From Takakia lepidozioides (Eukaryota > Plantae > Bryophyta): a stretch of 64,000 nucleotides of DNA. Under the pieces are notes generated by a model, which did not search any database, had not been told where the DNA came from, and was given only the letters and a program-made list of their open reading frames with translations. Below, in pieces: positions 61,122 through 64,000 of this stretch (position 1 is the stretch's first letter; every line of letters begins with the position of its first letter). The translations under genes and the position numbers were made by a program. The stretch is from contig CM060731.1 of the NCBI GenBank assembly GCA_030704615.1, positions 26,474,001 to 26,538,000 of the forward strand. The letters are read 5' to 3'.

Positions 61122-64000
61122 CACAGCTGCAAATAGAGGTGCAAGGTGCAGGAGACTCAAGTTTATTGCTGAGGAATTCCCAGTTGGATTGTTAGCTACA
61201 TTTGGCTGTGAGGCATCATATGACCGAGGCATCAATCATCTGCTGCATTTGGTTATTGCTCGAGTCCTGTTGAGAAACTTTCAAAAGGGGGCCTCTCCAC
61301 AAGTTCAGAGCATGACAAAGCAAAGTCGCCTGGATTGCTTTACATCTTCTGAAGTGTGCAGTGATGACGACAATGTCATCGCTCTTGTGCCTATGGCTCT
61401 CCTGCAGGAAAGGATTGCAGTCATTTAGGTGGGTCTTTTGAGTTAGGATGAATGCTGAGTTCATTGGTGGAGGTACAAGTTTGGACATAATGCACAAAGA
61501 CCAATCCATTCTTTGGTCTGTCTGAAATAATCTTCTGGAGGCAGTGATACATGCTTTCAGTCATGACCATTCATTCTTATAGGTAATTGTTAGCATCTCT
61601 GGCTTTGCACCTGGGAACTACTCACATTTATACCATAACTTTCTTCAAGAGGAAAGCAAGAGAGAGAGAAAAGGATGGAGTGTAAAGGAGAGTCGGTTAT
61701 CAGGTCACTTATCAGCATTGTCCTCTCTGTAATTCAAGATTCATGACATCTCTTGTGGCTCCATGTCACGCTGTGCTTTATTTTGTTCTGGTTGTGAGTC
61801 AAGATTTGTATGACCCTGCGGCTCGAATTGAGGGGCAGAAAGCAACTGTTTCAGCCCATGATGGAGAGGCTGTGAGAGCAGATTCGTGAGAGAGTCCAAA
61901 AAGCTGCAAGAATACATAACGCCGGATCAGTTGACATCAGATTGCCAATTATTATTTTCTGGCGTGTCGGTTTGAGCATTCCGACTATTTGTCATGCTGT
62001 TTCTCCTCCACCTAGATTCCTCACAATCTCTCATTTAGCTCACCGTGCAGGCAGGCCTCCATAACCTTTGATAAAATACCTACTACTGCTGTCAGTTTGA
62101 ATCCTCGCATGGCATGATGCTTTTCTTCACTCACACCTGTCAGCAACGAGTTCGTTAGGCCCAGCCCTAGCTGTTTCGAGAGTTAAGCAAACTTACATTC
62201 AGACCTTAAGGTTACAGTATCTTAGTAAAATAGTGCAGGAGCTGAGTGAAGGAGGACACGGACGTCGAATAGATCGCACATAGAAGGAAAACTATTTTGT
62301 CCAAAATTGGCATAGTTTCTCCTGGGGGATGGGGAAGAACAATATGAAACCTGGATGGCTCCGCTCAAAACTTAACAGGTAACAACATTTTCATTTCGAT
62401 ACCTTTCTCCCGTATTTATGCAAAGCTGGGGAGCCACCTGATCCCTCTGTGCGCAGACAGAAGAAGCAGTGAATCGATGAATAGCTTATGTTGCCGTTGA
62501 CATCCATCCCGATGCTGGCGATGTCACCCTTCGTGTAGTAAGATCTGCTTCTAGGTTTTGGATGTGCAGCGCTAGTTCGTGTCCGGAAGGTGTGCGAGAT
62601 GCTGAATTGGATGCGATCAATGTGTGCCTCTTCCAGATTCCTTGTCGAGTATAGGGCCGTGGAGCAGCTGCAGTTGCAGTCTAGGGATATTGAACTGTGG
62701 ACGTTGCATTCTGATCCCAGTTTACACCGAGTGGAGCAGTCATGAGGAAAAGCACAGAAACAGGTTATGGGAGAAACGATCACACATTAAGCAGGCCTGC
62801 TGGTGAATTTACGCACAGCGATCTTTAATCGGATGACAGTTACTCATAACCATCTGCTCGGAGAGGTTGGACCTTATATTCTGGTATGATTTTAGTACAT
62901 TTTGGATTTTGAAGTAGGCGCGGCTTGCAGTTTGGTCTGGCATTGAAGAGATCTGAATTTCGTGGTTCGTTTGGAATGAAATACACGTCAATTGATTCAA
63001 AGCTTTGTACCAAATCTTGTACAATATCCAGGTAACTCGTATTGGAATCTGATTTGACTGCTCATTTAAACTCAGAGGCAAGTTAAGGAATTGAAGCGTT
63101 TTTAGCAAATCCCGGACATGCACTGTACCATAATGCAACGGGGATTAGTTCTGGTCCCAGCTGTATGAATAGATATGATGTACGTTCTTCGGGTTTTTCC
63201 TTGAAAATAGAAATAGAGGTGTCATTCTCATGTTTGTTGCAGGGGGGAAAGTGCACATCGAAATAGAGACCATTTAGTGGAGACGCACGAGTCTTTGCTC
63301 GCAATTTCATGGAATTTGGTTTATTGGCTACAAAATCAACTAGATCAATGTGAAGGCAAGGATACCAGCTCGGCAAGAATGGATTCCCAACAAGATACTG
63401 AAGGTGATGGTTTCAAGCGAGATGAAATGGTGGTGCAACTTGTCTCCATGGGTTTTGAATTACCTTTGGTTCTAGAGGCTGTCAGCAGTATGATGTCCGG
63501 CACATTGAATGATGCCGTTGACTACCTCTTGGCTGAGAAACGACCTCATGGTGAACGAACTGGAAATTTCAGTCAAGAATTTGGAGGCTCCCAGGAAGGC
63601 CACCAAAAGACAGGAAAAAAACGTAACCAAATGATTAGTTCCTTCTTTGAGAGTAAAGGAAAGATGAGCAGAAGGAAGAGGAGGGATAGCCCTATTCAAG
63701 AGGTCACTATCTCACAGAAAGCTGAGGTCAAGAGAACCGAAGTCCCTGATGTTGGGACAGTGAAGTCTTATAAGACACAGATAAAAGAGGAATCCTATCA
63801 AAAATTTAACCATCTGGAGAAGAAATGCATTGAAGACTTTGAAGGTGGGAGCCATGTTCCAATCATATGCAGTGAAAGTAACACACAGGGTTTTTGGGTA
63901 CAACAGAGTGAGTGGGAGGGCTTTGGTGCCGAACCTTCAGACGCCCTAGATGCAGCTTCGGAAGACATTTTCCGTTCAGAAGAAAGCCATGGATTCACAG

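Noticed and set aside
62440-64000. PHD-like (IGCDQC) or L1 3' remnant at the window end
   Set aside because: Interrupted by stops, with motif matches too short to support a call.

Overview
Eukaryotic nuclear DNA from a land plant, with spliceosomal GT-AG introns. A bryophyte/moss is an inference from gene content and repeat style. Host genes: 3' end of eIF3a (+), two COMT-type O-methyltransferase paralogues (both -), HCF164 thioredoxin (-) head-to-head with NADK3 (+), a single-exon PLS-DYW PPR editing factor (-) and a DUF1191 membrane protein (+) with a terminal frameshift. The ~31 kb between the OMTs is a nested transposon field with a CYP71-clan P450 pseudogene. It holds a 3.4 kb hAT (13-bp TIR, 8-bp TSD) carrying captured OSB-type PDF-motif fragments in both orientations, and a repeat-spacer array with an 18-bp palindromic core. 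That array is interrupted by a 5.2 kb MULE (9-bp TSD) and by a TTAA-flanked piggyBac-like element. A second, older piggyBac-like insertion, CACTA remnants, tRNA-derived SINEs and decayed LINEs are also present. No prokaryotic features and no true CRISPR. Coordinates were counted by hand and may be off by a few bases; family names are from motif recognition, not database searches.
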